Assembly (NCBI GenBank): GCA_002269645.1
Contig: NIVC01000337.1
Span: 372,001 to 436,000, forward strand
Reading direction: 5' to 3'
Origin: Macrostomum lignano
Lineage: Eukaryota
DNA: 64,000 bases
Below, piece by piece: positions 1 through 10,737 of the stretch. The notes below the pieces were generated by a model, which was not told the DNA's origin, searched no databases, and saw only the letters and a program-made list of their open reading frames with translations. The translations under genes and the position numbers were made by a program. The number at the start of each line of letters is the position of its first letter. Position 1 is the stretch's first letter.

Positions 1-1648
1 CATCAGAGTCGCAGTTCTCCTCCGCTGGACTGTATGCGGGGTTTTCCACGCCTCCATTGCTGGATGTTGTCTGGTCGGTTGGATGGATTGAGGATGGCGG
101 CAGTGGCGCCGGTTGAGGCGGCGATCGCGGCGGCAGCGGCGGTGGCTCCGGCTGTTCGCCGCTCGCTGGCGAAGGTTGCTCCCTCCTGCGAAAGAAACGT
201 CGAGCCCGAGTCGGTAGTGGCATCGGCGGGGGCTCGGTCAGCTCTTCGTAGGCGACCGTGCTGACTCCGCCGCTTGGACTGGCAGGGTTGGGCCTCTCGT
301 ACTCGGCATAAACCTCGGTCTTTGTCGTGTCACTCGACACTGCTACAGAGAGGGCAGACAAGTTTGCAGCCATTCGGCGATAGTAAAGAAATACAGCAAC
401 GATGGCAATGGCAGCCATGACTGTCAGGCTTGTGACGACAGACGTAGCTATGATGAGTCCAGTATGCGGCGGTTGAGATGGAGGCTGCTGTAGCTGCCGC
501 GCCACTGTTGGTGTCGGTGTCGCCAGCTGACGCAGTGTCGGGCAGACATCCACCTTCGCTAGCAGCTTTTCCTCCAGGCTGGCACAAGCAGCCCCGGAAA
601 TGCCAGACGGTAGAACGAACGTCGGCGGTGAGCAGATGCAGACAAACGGGTTCGCCACAAGGCTGAGCTCCTGTAGATCCGGCAGAAGTTCGCTCCCCAG
701 ACTGGGTGGCGCTTTTCGCACACAGTTACCGTCTAAGCTGAGGCGTTGCAGCATCCGTAGCGGCCACACAGCCGGCCAAACGATGGAGTCCGTGAGTCCT
801 CTCGCACCTCCGTCATCTTCGCTGCAGTTGAGCACATGAGGATCGGAGCCAAGCTGCAGCTCTTTTAAGTTTGGTAATCGGCGCAGAATCAGTTCCCAGC
901 CTCCGCGTGACTCAGAGTCACCATCAACCACCAGCGTCTTGGCTAGAGTCGGGGCAGTAATCTCTAGCCGTCTAAGACTACCTCCTAGTTGATCAAATGC
1001 GGCAGCCTCAATTCTGTAGAGCTGCGTTCGAGTTAGCCGCAGTGATTCCAGGGCCTTTAAATTGTAGAAATCGCTCGCTCTGATTACAGATAGGCCACCG
1101 CCAGAGACGTCAAGCTCCTGAAGCATTTCCAAACCAGCAAGCTGGTTCGGTAACGAGTCCAGCTGTCTTAGTCCAGCCATCCGGAGACGGCGCAGACGTC
1201 TCAAACCTTCCAGACCGTCGCAGGTGGAGTCGGACAGCCCCGTGCCACTGAGGTCGAGCTCCAGAAGAGTTTCTGCCGCGCCAGTCAGACTGTCTGCGGC
1301 CAGGCTCGCCAGACGGGCGTTAGCTGACAAGTCTAGCTGGCGTAGTCCGCTGGCATTGACGAATGCGCCGCGATTCAAGATGCGGATTTGATTGCCGGCC
1401 AACAGCAGAATATGCGGCCGGAGCTCCCGGTCTAGCAATGGCGGCAACGACAGATCACAGTTGGTGCAGTCAACCTGTCGGGCGCCGGAAGACTCCTTCA
1501 GGCGGCAGCATTGGCGACTGTCTCTAAGGTTTTCGAGTGTCAAGTAGACTGTCACATCAGAGGGTTGCTGCTGCAGTTGCACAGTTGTAGCGCAGGTAAC
1601 GCAAATGATGAGGATAAGAGCACTGCGATGAAAGTTCGACGACGGCAT
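1..1648 (-). CDS. Leucine-rich-repeat type I transmembrane protein (signal peptide, ~9-10 LRRs, TM, Pro-rich Tyr-motif tail); 3'-partial, runs off the window
   Basis: Hand translation from ATG 1648 stays open to base 2 (549 codons; frame checked at 1385-1387, 371-373 and 2-4). It starts MPSSNFHRSALILIICVTCATT (signal peptide). LRRNT-like CCRLKESSGARQVDCTNCDLSLPP. LRRs include LLLAGNQIRIL, LRQLDLSAN, LLELDLSGTGL, LQELDVSGGGL, LESLRLTRTQL, LQRLSLDGNCV and LQELSLVANPFVCIC. TM is GLIIATSVVTSLTVMAAIAIVAVFLYY. It is absent from the ORF track because no stop falls inside the window. Confidence 0.9.
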   Translation of the reverse strand, partial: MPSSNFHRSALILIICVTCATTVQLQQQPSDVTVYLTLENLRDSRQCCRLKESSGARQVDCTNCDLSLPPLLDRELRPHILLLAGNQIRILNRGAFVNASGLRQLDLSANARLASLAADSLTGAAETLLELDLSGTGLSDSTCDGLEGLRRLRRLRMAGLRQLDSLPNQLAGLEMLQELDVSGGGLSVIRASDFYNLKALESLRLTRTQLYRIEAAAFDQLGGSLRRLEITAPTLAKTLVVDGDSESRGGWELILRRLPNLKELQLGSDPHVLNCSEDDGGARGLTDSIVWPAVWPLRMLQRLSLDGNCVRKAPPSLGSELLPDLQELSLVANPFVCICSPPTFVLPSGISGAACASLEEKLLAKVDVCPTLRQLATPTPTVARQLQQPPSQPPHTGLIIATSVVTSLTVMAAIAIVAVFLYYRRMAANLSALSVAVSSDTTKTEVYAEYERPNPASPSGGVSTVAYEELTEPPPMPLPTRARRFFRRREQPSPASGEQPEPPPLPPRSPPQPAPLPPSSIHPTDQTTSSNGGVENPAYSPAEENCDSD

Positions 1649-2629
1649 AGTGAGGGCTGGGCACTTTTTTGGACCCTCTATGTCTCTATTTTTTGCGGCT
1701 TGTTGGTCTGCCACTTTCTTTTTTTATTGGGTATCGAATTGCCTTTGCAGTTCGGGTTACCAGCAAAGTGTCACTAGGAGAGAGAAAATCCTTTCTAAAT
1801 AGCGATGTCCAGCCAAAACAATGCAAATTAATGCTAAACATCCAATGCAAATCGACCCACCCTGAGCCTTGTTTTTACTTTTTGGTTGTGCTCACTGCTT
1901 ACCCCGAATGCTAATTGATGAAGCCGTTTTCCGTGTTGCTTCCCCTTTCTTCTTCCATCTGCTGCCCTGCTGCAGGAACTCTTCTACAAAGTGTACGTTT
2001 ACTGGTTGTTCTTTGTTGACACTCATGGCCTCGCAGACTTTACATTCCTAGAAAATACTGTAGTTGAGCCTGGAAAACCGTAAGAAGACAGGAAACACAA
2101 GAGAAGACAGAGAACACAGGGAGACGACAGGGAGGGAAGTAGACGAGGCCCCAAAATTATGCATGGTCCTTGTTGTATTAAGTTTTCTGACGATGTGAAA
2201 TTTTGGTCTTGTAAAGTCAGTCTTATGAAAGCGACCCATCATATACTCTGTGTCAGTGCTTGGCAAGAAAAGCAAGCAGGGTGACTAATTTCTTAAATTA
2301 AGTGTTGTATTCTCGCTTCCAATCCAGTGATGCTATTTCTAGAAGTCCCTGCTAGAGACGTCTCAAAGTTTTTTCAGCCAGTGGCCGGTTGCATGAGAGA
2401 GCATGCAGCCAATCAAACCCTGCCAGCACTTCGATTTTTTCAAGCGTCGTGACTCAACAATTTTTATAAAACAATGCGTCCCTCTTTTTTAAACTTACTT
2501 CCTTAAGTTTTTATTAACTACTAAATATTTCGTATTCCATAAATATCCTTTTACGTTTCCTTTTGGAAGAAAAGTTCCGGAGAAAACGACTAAAAACTGT
2601 TTCAATTACAACGCTAAAAAAGCAAGAAT

Positions 2630-3254
2630 ATGAACGCAAAACTGCTGGCGTATTTCCTCATTTTTGTTCTGATCAGTGACGGCGAACGGGTGGCCGGTTT
2701 CGATGTGAACAACATCAATAGCGTCGATGTTGGCAGCGATGGAGTCAGCGTCACCTCGGACAATGGAAATCCGTTCTATTATGACGAGTGCAGCGGCTCG
2801 CTAAGCGGCTTGAGTATTCAAACTGGCTGTCACAGACGGTGGAAGCCGCTGTTCTACGTGTGCGCAGTGGTTGGCGGAATTGCGGGACTCTTCCTCGTCA
2901 CAGGCTGCTGTTGTTGCTGCTGCTGCACCTGCTGCAGATCTAAGTCAGCGACGCCCGTGAGAACCATCAACAATGTATCTGATGCAGGTTGACTTCGGAG
3001 CAGAATTTCTGATCTAGGGGGAGCTGAGGGGTATAAGTGAGAAAGGCAAATGAGTGAGAAAGGTCCAGCTTATCTATCCAGCTTACTCATTGAGGTAGGC
3101 TGAGCTCCAATAATTTCACTCGTGCATGCAGCCTAATCTTTCAAAATTCCAGGCAGCAGCCCAACCTCCAGTAGTGGTGATGAGCAGCGTTGCAGCTCCG
3201 TCGCAGCCTCATCTGCAGCAGCAGCAGCAGCCACCGCCTCCTCCAAAGTACTGA
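2630..3254 (+). CDS. Small single-pass membrane protein with juxtamembrane poly-Cys and C-terminal PPxY (paralog A; Shisa-like/WBP1-type architecture); join(2630..2956,3153..3254), 142 aa
   Basis: Signal peptide, GNPFYY..C..TGC ectodomain, TM and CCCCCCCTCC. Phase-0 donor CCC|GTGAGA at 2957, branch-like CTAAT near 3133, acceptor TTCCAG at 3152. Exon 2 reads AAAQPPVVVMSSVAAPSQPHLQQQQQPPPPPKY*. Confidence 0.82.
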
Positions 3255-3450
3255 TTTGAACTGTTCTAACAAAGCACTATTAGGCTATCCTGTGCAGCAG
3301 ATATTAACGCTAAATTATAGCATGTACTTTAACCTATTTATTTTAAAGCTGCAGATGAACTTTACTGCCGTATCGAAATCGAGTCGCATGCGTCACCGTG
3401 GTACTTGAGTGCATGCACCTTTGGCACCTCAGTTTATACAACCAAATACT

Positions 3451-3731
3451 GGACACCCTTCCTCTGGACACAATCTCCTTGGACACCCTTCCTCTGGACA
3501 CAATCTCCTTGGACACCCTTCCTCTGGGCACAATCTCCTTGGACACCCTTCCTCTGGACACAATCTCCTTGGACACCCTTCCTCTGGACACAATCTCCTT
3601 GGACACCCTTCCTCTGGACACAATCTCCTTGGACACCCTTCCTCTGGACACAATCTCATTGGACACCCTTCCTCTGGACACAATCTCCTTGGACACCCTT
3701 CCTCTGGACACAATCTCCTTGGACACCCTTC
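3451..3731. repeat. 30-bp minisatellite (GGACACCCTTCCTCTGGACACAATCTCCTT) x ~9.3
   Basis: Near-perfect tandem copies visible directly; explains five overlapping repetitive ORFs. Confidence 0.97.
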
Positions 3732-4569
3732 TTCCCTTTTCTGCCTTCTTTTGATTCCTGTGGTGGAAGTAGCTGGCACGATGTACGAGTATACCGAATC
3801 GCGATTTGCTAATGACTCTTTCTTCATTGAAAATCTTGAATGCTTTTCCTAGACAGAAAGCTTACAAGTAACAGCCAATTTCATATTATCAGTTGTCAAT
3901 TAGTTTCAAGGGCAAGGGCATGTATAATTATTGCTTATTAACAATCAGGAAAATGCAAAAACACTGCATGAGGTAATCGCTATAGTTGGCTTAATAAAGT
4001 AGACGTGAGATTCTGTCTGAGTTCACCCTTTCTCGTTCTGACGACTTTGAACAACTAACAGACTCCATACGGCGTGAATGCTTAGTGGAATCCGTTGGGT
4101 AGAAAAGAAAACTTTAGGCGAAATAGTGCGGTGCATATTTGAGGCTCAGTCCCAGTGAAACAAGCAGAGCCATTTCCAGGAAATTGAGTACGAGCGTACT
4201 GCAATACTGCTGAGTACTGGATTTCTATTTCGCGATTTTTACAATGCCGTTGTATTCTAGTGCCACGCGCGTTGCAATACTAAATATTAAATATATCCGC
4301 GATATATGCTTCATATATTCTAAATACAGTAACTTGAATGCCCTGAAGGTTTTAAAACATTCTTGCTACCGAAATCTTCCATGGCAAAAGCTAAAAATAC
4401 AAAGCACAGGCAGTCAGACAGTTACAACCTTGCGTACTACCTTTGCTCCCTTTTATAAGATAGAATCAATAATACACCTATAAAGAACCACCGCGCCAGT
4501 TCAATTCGGATCCTTATAGATACTTACTGGCAGGTAGACTTTGCGGGACAAAACAATTCACAGTTGACA

Positions 4570-5240
4570 ACACCTATTAGACAATTTACAGCCACACCCA
4601 TTACGCAATTAACAGCCACACCCATTAGACAATTTACAGCCACATCCATTACGCAATTTACAGCCACACCCATTAGACAATTTACAGCCACATCCATTAC
4701 GCAATTTACAGCCACACCCATTAGGCAATTTACAGCCACACCCATTAGGCAATTTACAGCCACACCCATTCGGCAATTTACAGCCACACCCATTCGGCAA
4801 TTTACAGACAAACCTATTAGACAGTTTACAGCCACATCCATTACGCAATTTACAGCCACACCCATTAGGCAATTTACAGCCACACCCATTCGGCAATTTA
4901 CAGCCACACCCATTCGGCAATTTACAGACAAACCTATTAGACAGTTTACAGCCACATCCATTACGCAATTTACAGCCACACCCATTAGGCAATTTACAGC
5001 CACACCCATTCGGCAATTTACAGCCACACTCATTAGGCAATTTACAGCCACATCCATTACGCAATTTACAGCCACACCCATTAGACAATTTACAGCCACA
5101 TCCATTACGCAATTTACAGCCACACCCATTAGGCAATTTACAGCCACACCCATTCGGCAATTTACAGCCACACTCATTAGGCAATTTACAGCCACACCCA
5201 TTCGGCAATTTACAGACAAACCTATTAGACAGTTTACAGC
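4570..5240. repeat. 24-bp minisatellite (GCAATTTACAGCCACACCCATTAG-like) x ~28
   Basis: 8-aa periodicity in several frames (FTATPIRQ); variant units interspersed. Confidence 0.95.
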
Positions 5241-6417
5241 CAAGCTATCTCCTGTGTCTCAGGCATCTCTTCTACTGATCAATTTGAGAATACTATCCAT
5301 CCGAGTCTCTCCTGTGCCTCAGGTCTCTCTCATTTTCTCCAAGTTTCTTCAAATCTCTCCCAGTCTCTCCCGATCTCTCTTAATCTCCCCCAAGCTCTCC
5401 GCAGTCTCCCTCGCTTTCTCTAATTTTCTTCCAGTCTTTCCCAGTGTCTCAAGCCTAGCCCTAGCGGCTCTTCTTTTCAGAATTTTTCGCTTTGTCATTT
5501 AAAAAAATTCCAGCGAAGAAGCAGTTAGTAAAATCGAAAAGTAAAAAAAAGTTATAGATAGACCATAGAAAAAACTGCTCTGACTCCGGGAAAAAGACAC
5601 TAATTAGATAGGAGAAAAACATTTTTCCCCTTTTTACGAGTCTACTTAAATCATAGACGTTAATAAAATTAGCCATATAATCGCTGGAAAATTTCCAATC
5701 GAATGGTACAAAAATGATGCCAAAATTAGTAGGCATTCAAGCTGTAGGTGAAATTTTTTATAAGGTACAGTTTTAGTTAGATTTGTTGGGCTCTACTGTA
5801 TACAAACTTTAAACTCTCGTTTCTGCAGCAGAAAATTTTTGGCAAGGACCACTGTAGTCTTTGATTTTTTGGTAGCTAGGCCTACTCACAAAAGCACTAT
5901 AAAATTCGACATAAAAATGTTTCCACTAATACAATAAGACTCAAGAGCTCAGCAAGTAACATGCATTAAAGTCAACCTCATATTTAACTTTTTTCGAAAT
6001 TGCATCTTAATCAACTAAAAGGTGACATATATAACGGGGGTCTTTGTCTCAAATGCAGAGCATAAAATCAATCAACGCCACGTCACATGAGGTCTTTAAA
6101 AAATCTCAATTTCTACCAAGAATTTGCTGATAGACTATTGATAGAATATTGCGGAAACGGAGATGATACTCGTATATTAATATGCGATTGTTAAGCTATT
6201 GCAATAATATTCTGTTACTATCCATTCTCCTTGGATCTGAGAACTGCATTTCTAAACAATCGCGCAAAGGCCCTTCCAGATCCCCTTACGAGAACCCTCT
6301 ATCAGGATAAGAGATTCGACATAAAAGTTGGCGATAAAGTTTGCAGTGTATCTTCAAATTTTCGTTGATCCCCATGCAACACGTATTGACGATTTTGAGC
6401 GACGAACAGGCTGTAAG

Positions 6418-7179
6418 TTAGAACACGGACAGGCACTCGCAAATGTACTTCCGGTTGAAAGAGCATCCGGCATCATCGACGCCAATCTTGTGACTAGAGT
6501 GGACAGCAGCGCAGCCCTCACCAGGCAATCCGTTATTCGGCCTCCCGGGCTCCCAGACGTCGGCCCGGATGCTCTCGTTGCAGGCGTCCCAGATCCAGCC
6601 TTCCGTCTTGCCCGCAGAGCCCAGAATCTGGTGGCCACCCAGGTACAAACTCTCTACAGGAATGTTCGACACGTTCTTGATCCACATCAGGTGACGGGAC
6701 TCGTCCGAGTCCAGAGCGTCCGCGAACTTCGACAGTCCGGCCTCCTGTCCGCACCGGGAGAGAGCGTCAGCCCAATTGGTCACCAGTGAGGCCGACACCT
6801 TGTATGAGGATCCGAACTGAGAGTAGTCGTATCCGGGTGGGCACAGGCGACCCGGAGCTACTCCAGGTAGCGATCTCACGTACACGGTTACTCGGTGAGT
6901 GCAGTTGGCCACTGACTGCACTCGGTGGCTGCACTTGTCGAACAGGAACAGCTTGCAGAGGCAGTCGCCATCCGGCAGCGAGAAGGCCCGGCAGTTCGGC
7001 ATCTTGGCGCAGTGCAGGCTGCAGGACTGCGGATCGCACGAGCCCCACACGGTGTGGGTGAAGCTGGACGTCACGCAGTCAGCGCCAGAGATCGGGTGGA
7101 AAGTCGCTTTCAGAGAGCCGCAAGTTGGTTCACTTTTTACCACGACACTCAGCGTCAGCAGTAGCAGCAATAGCAGCAT
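6418..7179 (-). CDS. Secreted PAN/apple-domain + C-type lectin domain protein, 253 aa, intronless
   Basis: Hydrophobic signal MLLLLLLLTLSVVVKS. PAN-like SCSLHCAKMPNCRAFSLPDGDCLC. CTLD hallmarks CPPGY..GSSYKV, W..A..C, WIW, WEPGRPNN..EGCAAV and DDAGC..KYICE. Confidence 0.88.
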   Translation of the reverse strand: MLLLLLLLTLSVVVKSEPTCGSLKATFHPISGADCVTSSFTHTVWGSCDPQSCSLHCAKMPNCRAFSLPDGDCLCKLFLFDKCSHRVQSVANCTHRVTVYVRSLPGVAPGRLCPPGYDYSQFGSSYKVSASLVTNWADALSRCGQEAGLSKFADALDSDESRHLMWIKNVSNIPVESLYLGGHQILGSAGKTEGWIWDACNESIRADVWEPGRPNNGLPGEGCAAVHSSHKIGVDDAGCSFNRKYICECLSVF

Positions 7180-8189
7180 TTCAACTGGTTGTCTGGTGAC
7201 AGGAAATTTAGTTTTCTGTCGTATTACTGAGTATGTACTCGCTATAGGTCTAATGCAATATGGAAAATGTCAGGTTTGAGTCCGATCAGCAACTTACAAT
7301 TCAGAGTAAATGATCCAATTAGAGCCAGCAGATTAAGACACTATCCAGTGGAAAAGTATTTGTGCTTTTGTCTTCTGTCGAAAAGTGGTAGAGGAATCTT
7401 TCAAATTTTTGCTTCTAGAGCAAGAGCTAGTAGATTTGGCATTTATTGAGTTCTGAGATGAGCCCTCTCTGCGCCAGAGGCAGCAGAGGCTCCTGCGTCG
7501 CATTTCAAACAGCATTAGTAGCGTGAAACAGGATGGGAAGAGAAAAACCAATTAATAATTTGCATTACCGTTCCAAGCTGATTCGGAGCAACTTGTGTTA
7601 CCCGCTCGCATCATATGGGCTTAGGGAGATGCTCTCGGATCCCTTTTGTTACGATGGCAATGGCGGGCTGGGAGGCGATTGGGAAAAAGCGGAGCATGAG
7701 TTTACATCCATTATCCATGCAAACACCGGTGGCTCAGAAAATTGCAAATTTCTCACCGCTTTTCGGTGAGGTTGCTGCCAGCTCTTGGCATTGCCGTCTG
7801 TTTCACTTCTCTTGTCCCCATCTGAGAAGCAGAAGCCGCTCGCTCCCCTTTCTTGAAATTCTTGTTTTCCAACTTTATTCACTCTGCCTTCCATCCTCAT
7901 CAATAGGCTTCTTTTAGAGCTAAATTTATTGCGGCTGGAACCAGTTTGCTTGCTTAATGATTAATTCAGCAAAGTAAGCACCTGAATCGCTAGTTTTACA
8001 AGCGAAGCGCGCTAGATTCCGTGTAAGCAGTGTAGAGGCATGTCCCAAATTCAGATGGCGATTTTAAATTAGCTGGCTACCAAAAATCAACTCTATTTTC
8101 TAAAAGTGACGTACAAGCTGTCTGACTCTATAATACAAATGCGAAAATAACGATTTGGCAACAATTAGGTAAAATAAACAGCACATAGC

Positions 8190-8443
8190 TCAATAGATGA
8201 CTCCGCGTTGATTGAAGAAAGAAGGCTTTGATCCTGAATAATGCGAGCCAATCATTTTTGCAGGAGGGCTGCGGGCACCCTGGCGAAACGCTTTCAGCGA
8301 CAGAGTCTCAAGAGCGGCACTGAAGCAATTCCTCTGACTCCTAGGCTCATTAAAGCACGCACTCATACACACGCTCACACAGGGTGGCACAGCGGGTGAA
8401 CAGAACATTTCTTTGAATAGTGTGAACTGAAGCAATGCAGAGT
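8190..8443 (-). mobile_element. Truncated copy of the same SINE family as 30706..30838 (3' body)
   Basis: 8423..8443 is the exact reverse complement of the 21-mer ACTCTGCATTGCTTCAGTTCA at 30809..30829. CACCCGCTGTG follows after a short insert and matches CATCCAGCTGTG. The left boundary is approximate. Confidence 0.5.
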
Positions 8444-8755
8444 CAAGTCGGGCCACACACATCAATTACCGAATTCATTCAAAACCCAAAAAAATCAACT
8501 AGCTCATGCGCTTACATTTGGCCCTGGCCTAGCTCCTCGTAGTATGGCTGGCAAGCCCCAGTATTCAAGCATTATCTCAATGATTGCGAATTGTCTTTGT
8601 TCCAACCTGCAGTCTCTCCCCCGCGTCTCTGCTTGTTATCGCGATTTCTGAGGAGGATGGAAATCCAGTCTGATGAGGCTGGTGATAACAAGCAGAGGGC
8701 AAGCAGAGACGCGTCTATTATTCATTTGCTGACACCGCTTCTATCAAGTCTATAC

Positions 8756-9615
8756 GTCTATTAAGACGACGTCCTGGTCTTTGCCGAAAATCCAGAGTCG
8801 CTGCAAAAAAGACTCCGTGTCGTTAAGACTAGACTTGCGGAGAAGCATGTCATCATCAACGATAGCAAGTGTGTAGAGGAGACGGACGAGATCTCTTTCC
8901 TAGGCTTCAAAATCTCAACCGCCAGCATCCAGCCCGACGATAGGCTGGTAGACAAGAATGGCAACATCGCCACACTAGGAACAAGAAGGAATTGGAGCAC
9001 TTCATTGGACTTGTGATTTTTTGATCGTCTGATACCGAACTTCTCAGGAAAAGCAAAAACTTTCAACGACTTGCGACGTTCTAATGTGCCCTTTTCTTGG
9101 CCCGCAAGCTGTGAGTCTGCTTTCCGTGTCGCAGCCGGTCGTCCAGCCATACTCTCTTGATAAAGAGGTCACTCTCACGACGGACACATCCAAGGGCGCC
9201 CTTGCCGGCGTAGTCACTAAGGAAGGTCACCCGGTCAGATCTTCATCCCCAGAAGTCTCTCCAAGGCCGAAGAAAATTATTCAATATAGAACCTGAGGCA
9301 GCTTTCTGGGCTGTCACACGACTAAAACACTATTTATTAGGACGCGACGCTTTAGCATCAACACCGAACAGCCACTCGTTTGTCTGTTGGGTCCCTCTGG
9401 TGGAGTTCCGCTTAATACATTCACTCGTTCAATACGACTGTACGATTACTTACATCCCCGGAAAAGACATCCCTCACGCCGACGCTTTGTCGCGGCTGCG
9501 CTTCACAGACTCGTCCGTTGATCCCAAGGAAGTGTGCAGTGCGATCAATTGCATGGCATTTGAGGCGCCAGTCGTTCCGTGGGATCGTCCAGAAACTGAG
9601 CTCGATGTAAACTGA
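8756..9615 (+). mobile_element. Degenerate Ty3/Gypsy LTR-retrotransposon pol relic (RT C-terminus + RNase H)
   Basis: Y*DDVLVF (the YxDD motif carries a stop at 8762), KC..EISFLGFKIS..IQPD, KKELEHFIGL..F..RLIPNFS, VTLTTDTSKGALAGVV, AFWAVTRLKHYLLGR, YIPGKDIPHADALSRL. Multiple frameshifts; no LTRs seen. Confidence 0.85.
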
Positions 9616-9699
9616 GCAACGTACGAAAGCTGCTGTGTCAACAAGGATGGCCTATCGCCAATCGGACTTCTTCGAGAGAACTCTTGGGTGTTTCAGGGA

Positions 9700-10270
9700 G
9701 ATACGCCGTTGCTGCTTGTTCTGGTGTTCGACTGAATGCCGGACAGGCTGATTGCTGTTGCTGCGAGCGTCGGCCTGGTGGTAAACACGCGCAAGACCGT
9801 CGCACTGCGTGCCGGACAACATAGAGGCTGTACTATTGTGCCGAGGCGCTGACTGACAGGCGATGGAACTTCCGTGATGTCAACAATTTGTCTACCTCGG
9901 TAGTCTGGTTCCCAACGTCTGCGAAGATCCGAGGCGTCCCATGGGCTGGCTTGCCTGGGCTGTTCTGCTAAGGTTGTCCTGCAGTCTGAAGCCCACCTAA
10001 CCGCGGCGTTGTTCCGGAAGGTGGTCGAGACTGTCCTGCTGTACAATGTTGAGACTTTAACGCTGACAGACTCGCTGGAACAGAAAGTTGATGCCACGCA
10101 CGCACGCCACCTTCAAGATCGGCGACGAGCCAGCACTCTGACGCTGCGATACTTGCCGTCTGAGCGACCTTCTGCGCCGAAAACACGTACTAACCACAGC
10201 CAGTGCAGCTGATGCGTCGACTGCCTGCCTGCTGGCTAACACCGGCGTCTGCTGCATTTGCATAACAGCC
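9700..10270 (+). mobile_element. Degenerate non-LTR retrotransposon (LINE) RT 3' fragment
   Basis: AAASVGLVVNTRKT, QQFVYLGSLV and LFRKVVETVLLYNVETLTL..EQKVDATHAR are typical of the region after the RT thumb in LINEs. Frameshifted. Confidence 0.75.
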
Positions 10271-10737
10271 CTAAGTTGCACCCTCACACGCTGATCTTGT
10301 TTTATAAGCCATAAACGATAGCTTATTTTGTTGTTTTGTTGCACAACAAAAACCAATCAATTATTCAGTTGGTAAAATAAAACAGATTGCGCTCGTAGAA
10401 AACAAAAACGCGCAGTTTCAAAAGTTTGAAAACAACTTGGTTGTTTATTAAAATTTTCTTCAATTGTGACGTATTTTTAGCCGCTCGTCTACGTATAGAA
10501 CGGTAAGGAATTCCGGTTATGCAAGACTGCACCAACTAATAACAGTAAAATTCACGTTACAGATAAAAAACAAAGTTTAATTACGGGCTTTCGAGTAACA
10601 AGGATTATACCGGTACATTATGTTTTTGCTTGAAAAAAAGTACAATACGAGTATTTAACTAATTATAAAAATTTTAAAGCTTGAATAAACTTCAGTTGAG
10701 TAAAGTGCAGGATTCACCCAGTTCGGATGCCATCAAT

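Noticed and set aside
2957-2992. C-terminus VRTINNVSDAG of the 120-aa ORF
   Set aside because: Better explained as intron: a GTGAGA donor lies at the same position as in the paralog, and the downstream exon supplies PPxY.
5500-6100. Possible MITE remnant in AT-rich DNA
   Set aside because: I could not define TIRs or a TSD.
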